Shown here in pieces: positions 21,751-31,923 of a stretch of DNA of 64,000 bases (positions are counted from its first letter, which is position 1; every line of letters begins with the position of its first letter). The position numbers and the translations under genes are program-made. Origin of the DNA: Candidatus Uhrbacteria bacterium (GTDB lineage Bacteria > Patescibacteriota > Patescibacteriia > UBA9934); NCBI GenBank assembly GCA_018664485.1, contig JABJOE010000006.1, positions 71,294-135,293 of the forward strand, read 5' to 3'. The notes under the pieces are model-generated. The model was not told the origin of the DNA. It saw only the letters and a program-made list of their open reading frames with translations, and ran no database searches.

Positions 21751-22146
21751 TTGATGAAGGATCCTCTCGACGAGATATTCAGTACTGGTGAAAAATGGGG
21801 CGTAACACCCTTTTCAATAATCGGCACGGTCTTGGCAGGCGTGGCATTCGGAGTCGCGGGCGAGATGGTTGGACTTATCAACGACCCCTTGGCAATATAC
21901 GTAGCTGAGCTTTGGGTCGCCGGAGCCGGCATCGCAGCTGGCGTCCATGGTGCAAAATTCGCTTCCGTCAATCCCTGGCAAAAAAATGTAGCTCACGCAC
22001 TACTCCTTACGTCATTCATCCTTGGCGTATTACCATTCGAGCCGGGAGCAACTATTTTGGCGTATGGAGGACTGGCCTTCGGCGCATCGTGGTTCGTAGC
22101 AACCATGCTATCTCCCCGTAAAGTGACCCCGCCGCACCCCCAGTGA
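21751..22146 (+). CDS. Hypothetical membrane protein (about 4 TM)
   Basis: Hydrophobic Gly/Ala-rich helices; TTGACA box at 21697. Confidence 0.65.
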   Translation: MMKDPLDEIFSTGEKWGVTPFSIIGTVLAGVAFGVAGEMVGLINDPLAIYVAELWVAGAGIAAGVHGAKFASVNPWQKNVAHALLLTSFILGVLPFEPGATILAYGGLAFGASWFVATMLSPRKVTPPHPQ

Positions 22147-22362
22147 TCCCCAGCGATCACTCGTCGCCGCCCACGAGCCGCTCGCTTGTAGGGCGGTTCA
22201 TTGCATCCAAATTACTAAATATCAAGAACCAATTAACAAGTATCCAAACAAATCAATATAAAAAACTCTGAGGTGTATGAGATGTCGTTGAGACAAGAAT
22301 AAAGAAGATAAATAAAATTCACACAGGTGGATGAGATATCGATGAAGCAAAAAAGCGCAGCA

Positions 22363-22487
22363 AAAAAACATTCATATTTGTGGTCAATTCTAGGCGCGGG
22401 GAAAGTGATGAGGAGACGTACTCATAGTACGTTGACGAATCACTGTGGCCCCGCAACAACGAAGTGGCCCAAATAGGAATGTTTTTT
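22363..22487. repeat. Dispersed palindromic element copy C
   Basis: ATTTGTGGTCAATTCTAGGCGCGGGGAAAGTGA...ACGTAC-TCATA-GTACGTTGACGA...CGCAACAACGAAGTGGCCCAAAT; closely matches the reverse complement of copy B. Confidence 0.85.
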
Positions 22488-22962
22488 CGACTCTTTGGTG
22501 CTTCAAGTAAACCGCTCGTAATATAGGTCTCCCTCTATATATGGGCAATACGTCCGAAATCGACGACCGATTGAGCAAGGGAACCTCTGCAAGCTGACAT
22601 GCAGTTTGCAAAAGGCCCTGGCCCAAGGCGACGTCACCCGACCGCGTGATAACCGCCGGATCCCCGCTGATCCCGCCCCCCTTACAACAATCGACTTCAT
22701 TCATCTTCTATAGGTAGACGAATTTAGTTTCGTACTACGTTTAGAATAAAAGGTAATTATTGGAAAAGGGGCGGGACAGCAAGACTACGTATTCTCGCAG
22801 ATAATTCAGTGTTAGCTGAACTCACGGATCCTTTCAATGTAAATTAGTCCAATTACGACACCATTTACCTGAAGCACTTATAGTATCCCACCCAAACTAA
22901 ACCTATGCAAGAAAAAACGGCAGATCTTATCCACCGTTTTTCCACTAACCGCACACAAGTTC

Positions 22963-23424
22963 TTACTCTCCGAAGTGGTACTGGTCAGTCAATTTCTTGT
23001 AGTCAAACAGCTCGTCAGCTTTGAAGAATCGATCAATCTCGATCTGAGCGTTCTCAGCTGTATCAGACGCGTGTGCAATGTTACCTGCAAGATCCATAGA
23101 GAAATCCGCTCGTACAGTTCCTGCATCAGCCTCACGTGGATTTGTAGATCCAAGGATCTTTCGCATCTCAGCGACAACATCGATCCCTTCAAAAACGATT
23201 GCAACCACTGGTGTCTGCATCATGAATTCTACAAGCCCCTTGTAAAAAGGCTTTTCTGTGTGGTGGCTGTAGTGCTCTGCCAAAGTCGTCTCATCAAGAT
23301 GAATCAACTTCATGGCAATAAACTTGAGACCTTTGCGCTCAAAACGGTGCAGTACGTCTCCAACTAGCTCACGCTGAACTGCGTCAGGCTTAAGTAGGAC
23401 TAGCGTTCGTTGAATATCAGGCAT
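22963..23424 (-). CDS. ndk: Nucleoside diphosphate kinase
   Basis: RTLVLLKPDAVQR, GSTNP, GTVRADF, NIAHASD catalytic His. Confidence 0.97.
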   Translation of the reverse strand: MPDIQRTLVLLKPDAVQRELVGDVLHRFERKGLKFIAMKLIHLDETTLAEHYSHHTEKPFYKGLVEFMMQTPVVAIVFEGIDVVAEMRKILGSTNPREADAGTVRADFSMDLAGNIAHASDTAENAQIEIDRFFKADELFDYKKLTDQYHFGE

Positions 23425-23502
23425 AAATAGTGCTTACAGACTTATGACCGTCCTTTTGGAAGGTCGAACTGATTAATCTTTGCGCGAATACTAGCAATGT
23501 AT

Positions 23503-24324
23503 TCAAAACAAGTCAATACGAATAGATCCGTCTAAATCTGTGCGCATAACCGGTATACCCAACCTCTCAAACCTATCTAAAATCACAGGATGAGGGTGGC
23601 CGTAACCATTTTCTCCCAGAGAGATGATCGCTAACTCTGGATTGATCGATTCGAGAAATGATAATCCAGAAGATGTCAGACTACCATGATGACCAACCTT
23701 TAAAATATCGACCTCCTGTAGTAGATTTTGAAAAATCGCCTCCTGCTCAACTCCAGCATCTCCTGTAAATAACATTGTACGATCACTAACCGTAAGAAGA
23801 GTTACAACAGAGCCATCATTTGGATCCTCGAGCCGTTCCCCGTCGTAAGCTTCTTCGGGGAAAACAACGCTCAATTCAATTTCCTCCCCCAACACAATTG
23901 AGTCACCAATTTCTACCGCGCGCATAGCCTCGAAAGACCACTCATCAAACAAAGAAGACGCCTGCGACGAATAAGTTTGCCCGGGAGTCCACACCTCACC
24001 GACATCATAACGCTCAAGTACCGGTAACAAACCATTCAGATGGTCAGCGTGTGGGTGTGTATTGACAACTAGATCAATTGAACGATCCCAAAAAGGCATA
24101 ACGCGAGTCAAATCTTCCACAATACTCCCAGATGGACCACCGTCTATTAAAACCTGACCATAGGGACAGTCCATAAAAATTCCGTCACCCTGCCCAACAT
24201 CAAAAACCCAAACGACACATCCGTCGACCCAAGGCATTCGCCCACCATCAAGCCACGGCGCAAGTGCCACAACACCAACGACAACTATACCGAGAAAGAC
24301 TTTAACAATACGCTTCGTGTCCAT
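23503..24324 (-). CDS. ComEC/Rec2 metallo-beta-lactamase domain protein
   Basis: FDVGQGD, THPHADHLNG, FTGD, KVGHHGS, NGYGHPHP, RTDLDG; N-terminal TM anchor; start at ATG 24324. Confidence 0.92.
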   Translation of the reverse strand: MDTKRIVKVFLGIVVVGVVALAPWLDGGRMPWVDGCVVWVFDVGQGDGIFMDCPYGQVLIDGGPSGSIVEDLTRVMPFWDRSIDLVVNTHPHADHLNGLLPVLERYDVGEVWTPGQTYSSQASSLFDEWSFEAMRAVEIGDSIVLGEEIELSVVFPEEAYDGERLEDPNDGSVVTLLTVSDRTMLFTGDAGVEQEAIFQNLLQEVDILKVGHHGSLTSSGLSFLESINPELAIISLGENGYGHPHPVILDRFERLGIPVMRTDLDGSIRIDLF

Positions 24325-25574
24325 ATACGTTTCATTAAAATTAGCCAAAGAATAAACAGAATTACTGAGAGCATCGCCGGCACATCAAAATATAGAGGCA
24401 GATCAGCGCCCTTTTCAACTATCCATAGCATCCAGTTCAAACCAGCCACTGTGGGGAGCGACGCAAGCCTTGCGATATCTACAGACAAGGGCGACACAAA
24501 AATAGATAGAGCGCCGCTTGCCATAACAAACGGCACAGCCGGAAGAATGAGTACATTTGTAAAAACGCTCACGAGTGAAATCTTCCCGAACTGAAATATT
24601 AAAATCGGAAAGCTCATTAACGTCGCCGCCAACGTTGAAGTTAAAGACTCCCGAATTAGAAATCTCTCTGGAATCCAGGTCCAACTAATTTTCCACTTTG
24701 GTGTTAGGCAAATAAGTCCGATCGTAGACAGAAAAGAAAGTCCGAATGCTGCGTCGTCTAAAAGAAGTCTTGGATTTATTGTGAGCATGATCGCTGCTGT
24801 AAGCAAAAGTACATTTGTCATCGTTGTCTTTCTTCCAACTTGATATGAAGTCATAACGAGCGCCCCCATCACTCCGGCGCGTATAACAGCCGTCTCAAAT
24901 CCTGCAAACAAAACGTAGCCCACGGTAGCCGCTATCAAAAATCCAAATGCCTTTCGACGCCGCATACCAAGTGTAGCTAGCACAAACGACGATATGATCA
25001 TCACCATTGATACATTGTAACCAGACGCTGCGACGATATGTGATGTGCCAGTGCGAATAAATAACTGCTCCCACCGATCTGAAAATCGTTTTTCGCCAAA
25101 CAGTAGCCCTGCAAGTAGCGATGCATGAGGCTCACCATAAGCTAGATCGATTGTCGCCATTACACCCGCCCTCCAATCCTGCAAAGTCCCCATCATAACG
25201 CCACCACGATCCTCTCCGATAACAATGGGCGTCTTGCGAGTAAAGCAAAGTCTATCGATACCTTTAGCTGCAAGATATCTGTCATATGCGAACCCTTCGA
25301 ATGGCTCGGGGGACGACATGTCACACATGAGTCGAACTCGATCACCGTAATGAACTAATGGGTAGCGAGGTATGAATGCCAAAAGACCATCTTCAAGCGT
25401 TATCTTCTGACGATCAACACCAACTTCCACCCGTAAAACTGTGCTCTCAACAAGGACTCCGTCTTCTTGCGGCACGCTCGATGCAACCGGAGAGAAAAAT
25501 ATCCCACGGACAGTCGCCACAACCAAAAACACCGCGCACAATGTACGCAGTGTCTGAGATGGTGTTAGGTTCAT
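24285..25574 (-). CDS. comEC: Competence protein ComEC membrane (channel) domain
   Basis: FAYDRYLAAKGI OB-type region, GTSHIVAASGYNV, RAGVMG, FGLSFLST. Confidence 0.92.
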   Translation of the reverse strand: MNLTPSQTLRTLCAVFLVVATVRGIFFSPVASSVPQEDGVLVESTVLRVEVGVDRQKITLEDGLLAFIPRYPLVHYGDRVRLMCDMSSPEPFEGFAYDRYLAAKGIDRLCFTRKTPIVIGEDRGGVMMGTLQDWRAGVMATIDLAYGEPHASLLAGLLFGEKRFSDRWEQLFIRTGTSHIVAASGYNVSMVMIISSFVLATLGMRRRKAFGFLIAATVGYVLFAGFETAVIRAGVMGALVMTSYQVGRKTTMTNVLLLTAAIMLTINPRLLLDDAAFGLSFLSTIGLICLTPKWKISWTWIPERFLIRESLTSTLAATLMSFPILIFQFGKISLVSVFTNVLILPAVPFVMASGALSIFVSPLSVDIARLASLPTVAGLNWMLWIVEKGADLPLYFDVPAMLSVILFILWLILMKRIWTRSVLLKSFSV

Positions 25575-26800
25575 AGCTTCGCGAAGTCCTCACCAACTTT
25601 AACGCGCGCAAAAACCGTAATTACTAAACTAGACAGACCTGCGATTATAAAGGCAACTGAAAGTGAAAAGTGTTGTGACAAAAAGAACATAGCAACCAGT
25701 AACGCTACGCGCCCGAAAGTTAACGAGACCTCACGGATAGTCGTGAATTCATCTATGTAATGTCCGCTATCAGCTGCCTTTTCATACATCATAGTATCAA
25801 GCGGTGTACGCATCATGATTGATCCGAACATGTGGAACGTTGACGCTGCGAACACACCACCTACCGACTGAACAAACGCCTTTACTATCCACCCCATCGA
25901 ATACAGATCAACACCGAATGCCAATAACTTCTTAGGGCGCTTTTTGTCTGTAAGATTTCCCATGAAAACCTGCAGCAACATTCCAACCAAAACAATTACA
26001 GATGAGAATATTCCTACATCCAAATAATCTCCATTGAAAATCATGAACAGAAATATTGGCCAAATAGCATACCCGACGATCGTCTCGATTCCAACGGCAA
26101 ACATCGACAAAGAGAGATATCTATACTTCTTAGCAAACACTTTTTGAAAAGTCTCTACAAAGCCAAACTCATACTGTACGTTCGTACGTGGAAAATATAG
26201 AAACGGGATCATGGACAAAAGAACAATCGCAATTCCAACGATAAATGCTGCCGAATAAGAATACTTTGCAATAATCAAACCTCCCGCTATCGGTCCAATA
26301 ACACTTATAAAACGTTGTGTTGCGTACAGTAGACCCAGCTGGTGCCCTCGTTTACCTTTTTTGGAAAACTTCGCGAAATCAATATGGTACGGAGACCAGT
26401 AAAATGCGTGACAGATAGCAAGCGCAAGGAATGACGCGAATAGAACAAGTGATGGATAGAATCCGGGCGCTACCTCGAGCACATACGCAGCACCATAGTA
26501 CATGGCCCACATCAATGTACCGACAACGAGAGAAATATTGAGACCCGTTTTTGAAAAGATTTTTGCTCCGATCGGAAAAAGTGGAATACGCATCCCTACC
26601 CCGATCGCGAACCATAAAAAATACATCTGCAGGTTCATCCCGACAAACTCATATAGAAAGATTGGGAAGAACATTCCAATGATCGCCGTTGCAGCATGAC
26701 CAATCACGCGATGTGATGCCAATGCAGAGAATGCACCAAGGTGACGTATATCGAAACGGTGACTCGACAGTGGAAATGATTGTTTATGATGTGAACGCAT
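25571..26800 (-). CDS. MFS transporter
   Basis: About 12 hydrophobic helices, MFS-like GNLTDKK loop and GPIAGG; start at ATG 26800. Confidence 0.85.
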   Translation of the reverse strand: MRSHHKQSFPLSSHRFDIRHLGAFSALASHRVIGHAATAIIGMFFPIFLYEFVGMNLQMYFLWFAIGVGMRIPLFPIGAKIFSKTGLNISLVVGTLMWAMYYGAAYVLEVAPGFYPSLVLFASFLALAICHAFYWSPYHIDFAKFSKKGKRGHQLGLLYATQRFISVIGPIAGGLIIAKYSYSAAFIVGIAIVLLSMIPFLYFPRTNVQYEFGFVETFQKVFAKKYRYLSLSMFAVGIETIVGYAIWPIFLFMIFNGDYLDVGIFSSVIVLVGMLLQVFMGNLTDKKRPKKLLAFGVDLYSMGWIVKAFVQSVGGVFAASTFHMFGSIMMRTPLDTMMYEKAADSGHYIDEFTTIREVSLTFGRVALLVAMFFLSQHFSLSVAFIIAGLSSLVITVFARVKVGEDFAKL

Positions 26801-26906
26801 AGAATGACCAAAGTATACCAGATACAAAACTCCCTTTGCAGGGAGGTCTGTATCTATTTTCTCAGTTGTAAACGAGTCGGTCAATACATTGTGTGGAGGG
26901 CTTAAG

Positions 26907-29843
26907 CTAAACTACGAAGTTCATCATCCTCCCCTTCACGTAGATAACCTTCTTTACCTCCCCCTCAACGAACTTTGCAACATTTTCGTTTGCTCTTGCA
27001 GCAGCCTCAACCTCTTGCTGCGGAGCGTCGGGTGCAACCTCGAGCGTTGCTCTTAATTTTCCATTTACCTGGACCGCGAGCGTAATAACATCATCAACCA
27101 CTTGTGACTCGTCATACGCAGGCCACTTTTGTTGCTCAACAAACCCTGTAGCTCCAAGGTTCTCCGCAACTTCGTTTGCGATATGAGGGGCGAATGGGCA
27201 CAGAGTATACATGAACATCAGCAAAGACTCTTTTGTAAGTGCCTTGTGTTTGTTTACGACATTAATGAACGTCATCATCTGGGCGACAGCTGTATTGAAT
27301 CGTAAATTCTCAATATCTTCTCCCACTTTCTTTACAGTTTTATGTAACGCCTTGGTCACTTCTTTATCTTCCGAGATTGATACCATGTCTGGAAGCCTTG
27401 CGACCTTATCCAAGAAACGTCGAGTACCGATCATACCCTTAGTATTCCATGGAGCCGGCTCTTCAAAAGGTCCAACGAACATTTCGTACATGCGCAGAGT
27501 GTCCGCACCGTACTTGTCGACTACCTCATCTGGATCAATTCCGTTACCCTTAGACTTGGACATCTTCGTACCATCTTCAGCAAGGATCAAGCCATGGCTA
27601 TGTCTACGAGCATAAGGTTCGCTCACCGGGACATGACCTCGGTCGAACATCACCTTGTTCCAAAAACGAGAATATAGAAGATGCAGAACCGTGTGCTCCA
27701 TTCCACCATTATATAAATCAATTGGCATCCAGTACTCAAGCTTCTTCATGTCTGCAAAAGCTTCGTCGTTATGTGGATCAATATATCGGAGGAAGTACCA
27801 AGATGACCCTGCCCAGTTTGGCATAGTATCAGTCTCACGTTTTGCAGGACCATTACATGTCGGACACTCCGTATTCACCCAGTCGGTAATCGCAGAGAGT
27901 GGAGACTCACCGTCGTCTGTTGGCTGGTACTGATCTACCTCTGGAAGCTCAACCGGGAGCTGATCCTCGGGAACCGGAATCCATCCACCAGTTTCGGGAG
28001 AACAAGAATCACAATGGATCAAAGGAATCGGTTCACCCCAATAACGTTGGCGGGAGAACACCCAATCTCGAAGTTTATAGTTTACTGTCTTTTTTCCATG
28101 ACCGTTCTTTTCAAGCCAGGCGATCATCTCTTCTTTTGCTTCGTCTACTTTTTTCCCATCCAAGAAGTCGGAGTTGACTGACAACCCTTCTCCAGCATAC
28201 GCCTCCGCGTCAACGGATCCGCCGGACACAACCTCAACGATCGGTAAATCAAACGCCTTTGCAAACGCCCAATCTCGCTCGTCATGCGCCGGCACTGCCA
28301 TAATTGCTCCCGTTCCATATCCCATCATCACATAGTCTGCTACCCAAACAGGAATCTGTGCACCATTAGCTGGATTTACAGCGTAAGCACCAGTAAATGC
28401 ACCTGTCTTTTCTTTTGTGCCATCTCCTCGATCAATGTCTGACTTTTTTGAAGCGGCCTTCACGTAGGCCTCAACTTCAGCGCGTTTGTCATCCGTAACA
28501 ATCGTACTTACTAACGGATGTTCAGGCGCCAACACCATGTACGTCGCACCAAACAATGTATCCGGCCGCGTTGTGAAGACTTCAATTGATGGAATCAGTT
28601 GCGACAAGATAACTGGCTCTTCCTTACCGTTAAAATGACCTACCTCAGCCTCTGCTACTACCAACTCTCCTCGAAGATTGTTTGCAATCTGTACCGGATG
28701 ATCTTGAGGAACTGCCGGATCATTTTTATCTGCCAAGACAGTAAACCGTTTTGCCATTTTACTTATCGCACCAAAATCAAACTTCCAGTCACAGCAATCT
28801 CGAAGTGCTGGGCGTTCTTTTCCGTCCAATAGCTCCACATTCACAGGAGGTGCCACCATAATCACATGGCTAACCGGCGTATCCAAAGTTGGAAGTAGCT
28901 TCATAGCTGCGACACCGCCGAGCGAATGCGTGATAACAATAGTCTTCTCATTAAACGTATAGCTTTCTTTGATAAACTTGATTTGTTCTTCAATGTTTGG
29001 CTCCGATGGATTTGGCAAGTCTAAAACAGTAACACTCGCTCCGCGCCCTTCAAGCTCAGCTGACAACCATGGCCAAAACGCTTCCTTAGAATCATCCCGA
29101 AAGGCATGCAATCCAAGGATATTGTAACCACTTAAATCTGTATCAACCGTAAAATCAACTTCAGCTCCTTCGCTCCGTCCAATCCAATCCTGCTGCTGCT
29201 TTTTAATCTTTGGAAGATAGTCCACTGTGTCTAAATCATCGAGTAACCGTTGAGCGTACTTTGTAATCGCAATCATCCATTGCTCTTTGTCGCGCTTTTC
29301 AACCTCTCCTCCGCAGCGCTCACAAGCACCACCTACAACCTCTTCATTTGAAAGACCGATCTTGCATGACACACACCAGTTGATAGCCATCTTATCTTTG
29401 TACGCAAGTCCTTCTTTGAAGAACTCCAAAAACTGCCACTGAGTCCACTTGTAATAAGACGGGTCGGTTGTGTTTACCTCTCGTGACCAATCAAAACTAA
29501 TTCCAAGCGACTGAAGCTGCCGGCGGAAGGTGTCGATATTTTCCTTTGTCACCTCCTGAGGCTTTCGACCAGTCTTAATTGCATAGTTCTCCGTTGGAAG
29601 CCCAAAAGCATCCCAGCCAATCGGGTACAGAACATTAAATCCCTCCATTCGTTTTTTGCGAGCAAGAATATCGAGCGCCGTGTAGCTTCGGGGGTGACCC
29701 ATGTGCAGGCCTGACCCTGACGGATACGGAAACTCAATCAAACAATAAAATTTCTCTTTGTCAGAAAAATCTTCGGCATGAAAAACGCCCTCATCCTCCC
29801 AGCGTTTTTGCCACTTCTTATCAATCGATGAATGGTTATACAT
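26907..29843 (-). CDS. leuS: Leucine--tRNA ligase with inserted alpha/beta-hydrolase domain
   Basis: FPYPSG-LHMGH, FTTRPDTLFG, GTGAIMAVPAHDERD, KMSKSKGN; extra ~180-aa domain containing HSLGG. Confidence 0.97.
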   Translation of the reverse strand: MYNHSSIDKKWQKRWEDEGVFHAEDFSDKEKFYCLIEFPYPSGSGLHMGHPRSYTALDILARKKRMEGFNVLYPIGWDAFGLPTENYAIKTGRKPQEVTKENIDTFRRQLQSLGISFDWSREVNTTDPSYYKWTQWQFLEFFKEGLAYKDKMAINWCVSCKIGLSNEEVVGGACERCGGEVEKRDKEQWMIAITKYAQRLLDDLDTVDYLPKIKKQQQDWIGRSEGAEVDFTVDTDLSGYNILGLHAFRDDSKEAFWPWLSAELEGRGASVTVLDLPNPSEPNIEEQIKFIKESYTFNEKTIVITHSLGGVAAMKLLPTLDTPVSHVIMVAPPVNVELLDGKERPALRDCCDWKFDFGAISKMAKRFTVLADKNDPAVPQDHPVQIANNLRGELVVAEAEVGHFNGKEEPVILSQLIPSIEVFTTRPDTLFGATYMVLAPEHPLVSTIVTDDKRAEVEAYVKAASKKSDIDRGDGTKEKTGAFTGAYAVNPANGAQIPVWVADYVMMGYGTGAIMAVPAHDERDWAFAKAFDLPIVEVVSGGSVDAEAYAGEGLSVNSDFLDGKKVDEAKEEMIAWLEKNGHGKKTVNYKLRDWVFSRQRYWGEPIPLIHCDSCSPETGGWIPVPEDQLPVELPEVDQYQPTDDGESPLSAITDWVNTECPTCNGPAKRETDTMPNWAGSSWYFLRYIDPHNDEAFADMKKLEYWMPIDLYNGGMEHTVLHLLYSRFWNKVMFDRGHVPVSEPYARRHSHGLILAEDGTKMSKSKGNGIDPDEVVDKYGADTLRMYEMFVGPFEEPAPWNTKGMIGTRRFLDKVARLPDMVSISEDKEVTKALHKTVKKVGEDIENLRFNTAVAQMMTFINVVNKHKALTKESLLMFMYTLCPFAPHIANEVAENLGATGFVEQQKWPAYDESQVVDDVITLAVQVNGKLRATLEVAPDAPQQEVEAAARANENVAKFVEGEVKKVIYVKGRMMNFVV

Positions 29844-29845
29844 AG

Positions 29846-29968
29846 TCGTATTTTATATTTGGTCCATTTCGTTGTTGCGTGGGCCCTGTGTCTCGTCATC
29901 GTACGGAAAAGTACGATTTCTCGTCACTTTCCCCGCGCCTATAACTGAACTCAAATACCAAAACACGA
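29846..29968. repeat. Dispersed palindromic element copy B (leuS 5' region)
   Basis: Minus strand ATTTGAGTTCA...AGGCGCGGGGAAAGTGA...TCGTAC-TTTTCC-GTACGATGACGA...CGCAACAACGAAATGGACCAAAT, ending 13 nt before the leuS ATG. Confidence 0.85.
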
Positions 29969-30044
29969 TACAAGTTCGCAGTCAGAGTACGGCGAAATAG
30001 CAAAAAGGGCAAGATTATTGGTATAAATCCGACCCTTCTTATCT

Positions 30045-30596
30045 TTAAGCAAAATCTCTCATTCGTTTGAGCTCCACAATCGCGTCCTTTGGTGATTCAA
30101 CGAACAGTAGGCTTGCATCCAAATCCATCCAGGCAAACCCTTCGTGATCAATGTGGCGAATGAGCTCCTTAAACTTCTTAAAGTACCCACCAACACATAT
30201 CACCGGGAACTTGCAATCGATTTCTCGAAGCCCTACTCGCGACACAATCTCTAAAATTTCATAGAAGGTTCCAATCCCTCCAGGTAGTGCCAAGTAAACG
30301 TCTCCCAGTTCTATCAGCCTTTGCTGGCGTGGCACCAATTCTTCAAACAATTCCTGCTCTGTGAAGTACTTATTGGCAATTGGAAAATCTTTGTTATGCA
30401 AAGCGATAGAAATCACTTCACCGTCTGCCTCAATCGTTCCTCGCGAAACGTCCTCCATCAAGCCAGTCGTTCCACCGTTAACACATGTGAAATCATTCTC
30501 TGCGAAAAGCTTTCCCATTTCTACAGCTAGCTTCCGGTACACCTCTCCATTCTCACCCCTTGGATGCGAGCCACAGAACACGGTTACATTTTTCAT
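30045..30596 (-). CDS. LOG family (lonely guy/PpnN-like) nucleotide phosphoribohydrolase
   Basis: VTVFCGS, NGGTTGLME, LPGGIGTFYE. Confidence 0.9.
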   Translation of the reverse strand: MKNVTVFCGSHPRGENGEVYRKLAVEMGKLFAENDFTCVNGGTTGLMEDVSRGTIEADGEVISIALHNKDFPIANKYFTEQELFEELVPRQQRLIELGDVYLALPGGIGTFYEILEIVSRVGLREIDCKFPVICVGGYFKKFKELIRHIDHEGFAWMDLDASLLFVESPKDAIVELKRMRDFA

Positions 30597-30597
30597 A

Positions 30598-31809
30598 CTA
30601 CAACTCTGGCTGTGCTTCGCTCAATCGCTCAAGTGCGAGGGCAAATGCTCCGCGTCGTAGATCCGTTTTATACTCACGTGCACGGTCCCAAGTCTGACGA
30701 GCGGCATCAGCCATAGCGGTCTTCAATTTCGCATCAACGTCAGGTGCCGTCCACTTCTCATCTTTCATGTTCTGCTCCCACTCAAAATAGCTAACCGTCA
30801 CACCACCTGCATTTGCCAATACATCTGGCACAACATGAATACCTTTTTCAAATAAAATGTCGTCTGCCTCCGGAGTAGTCGGGCCATTTGCAAGCTCCAA
30901 CACAACCTTTGCCTGGATACGAGGTGCATTCTCTTGCGTAATCACGTTCTCAAGGGCAGCTGGCGCAAGCAGTCCGCACTCAAGCTCCAAGATTGCCTCG
31001 TTAGTCATCTCTTGCGCCCCCTCAAATCCAACAACCGATCGAGTCTCATCCTTATGACGCTCTAAAGCCTCAACATCTAGACCCTCTGGATTGTAGACTG
31101 CACCTCGAGAGTCTGACACAGCTATAACCTTCCACTCATGACGAGTAGCGATCCGTGCGAATGTTCGACCAGCGTTTCCGAACCCTTGAATTGCAACCGT
31201 CTTCATCTCGGGTTCGAGTGAAAGATCCTCAAACAACTCATCTAAAACATAATAACCTCCTTGCGCTGTCGCCTCACCTCGACCTTCCGACCCGCCAGCC
31301 TCAATTGGCTTTCCAGTTGTCACAGCCGGGTTACCAAACTCGTCTGCAATCCACACCATCTCCTGTGGTCGTGTATTCACGTCTGGTGCCGGAACATCAA
31401 CTGTTGGCCCGATCACTCCGTCCATTGCCCGAACCCACGCTCGGGTAACGCGCTCGATCTCCGCTTGCGAATATTCTTTCGGATTAAACGTTACTCCGCC
31501 CTTTCCACCACCCATTGGAATGCCCGCGATAGCAGTTTTAAACGTCATCCATGTAGCAAGCGCCTTCACTTCATGAATATCAACGTCCTGATGATACCGA
31601 ATACCTCCCTTAAACGGACCACGCCAATTATTGTGCTGAACGCGGAAACCTTCGATCATCTCGAGCGATCCATCGTCACGCTTAAGCGGGATAGACACAC
31701 GAACTTCACGCATAGGATGCGAAAGGATAGAAATCACATCAGCCTTCACATCAGTGACATCGGCTGCACGACGGATTTGGTTTAGTGCATTTTCAAATGG
31801 ATTTTTCAT
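30598..31809 (-). CDS. gdhA: Glu/Leu/Phe/Val dehydrogenase (probable glutamate dehydrogenase)
   Basis: GPFKGGIRYH, MTFK, GGGKGG, DVPAPDVNT, QGFGNAG, ELANGP, NAGGVTVSYFEW. Confidence 0.93.
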   Translation of the reverse strand: MKNPFENALNQIRRAADVTDVKADVISILSHPMREVRVSIPLKRDDGSLEMIEGFRVQHNNWRGPFKGGIRYHQDVDIHEVKALATWMTFKTAIAGIPMGGGKGGVTFNPKEYSQAEIERVTRAWVRAMDGVIGPTVDVPAPDVNTRPQEMVWIADEFGNPAVTTGKPIEAGGSEGRGEATAQGGYYVLDELFEDLSLEPEMKTVAIQGFGNAGRTFARIATRHEWKVIAVSDSRGAVYNPEGLDVEALERHKDETRSVVGFEGAQEMTNEAILELECGLLAPAALENVITQENAPRIQAKVVLELANGPTTPEADDILFEKGIHVVPDVLANAGGVTVSYFEWEQNMKDEKWTAPDVDAKLKTAMADAARQTWDRAREYKTDLRRGAFALALERLSEAQPEL

Positions 31810-31923
31810 ATGAATTCATATTACCACGCAGTATATTTGGTTGACCAATAACTACAGAATCACCGGTAAGAATCAAAAAGAACCGCGATTTACGCGGCTC
31901 TCTTTTTCTATTTCATGTTATTT

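Noticed and set aside
22390..22704. Short minus-strand ORFs between the orphan membrane gene and ndk
   Set aside because: No recognisable motif or start signals, and the longer one runs through palindromic copy C.
28590..29130. Intein in leuS
   Set aside because: No N-terminal Cys/Ser splice block, C-terminal HN or LAGLIDADG motif; the insert has hydrolase motifs instead.
29846..29968. T-box riboswitch upstream of leuS or proS
   Set aside because: No GGTGGNACCGCG T-box sequence or specifier stem; the same element also occurs at non-synthetase loci.
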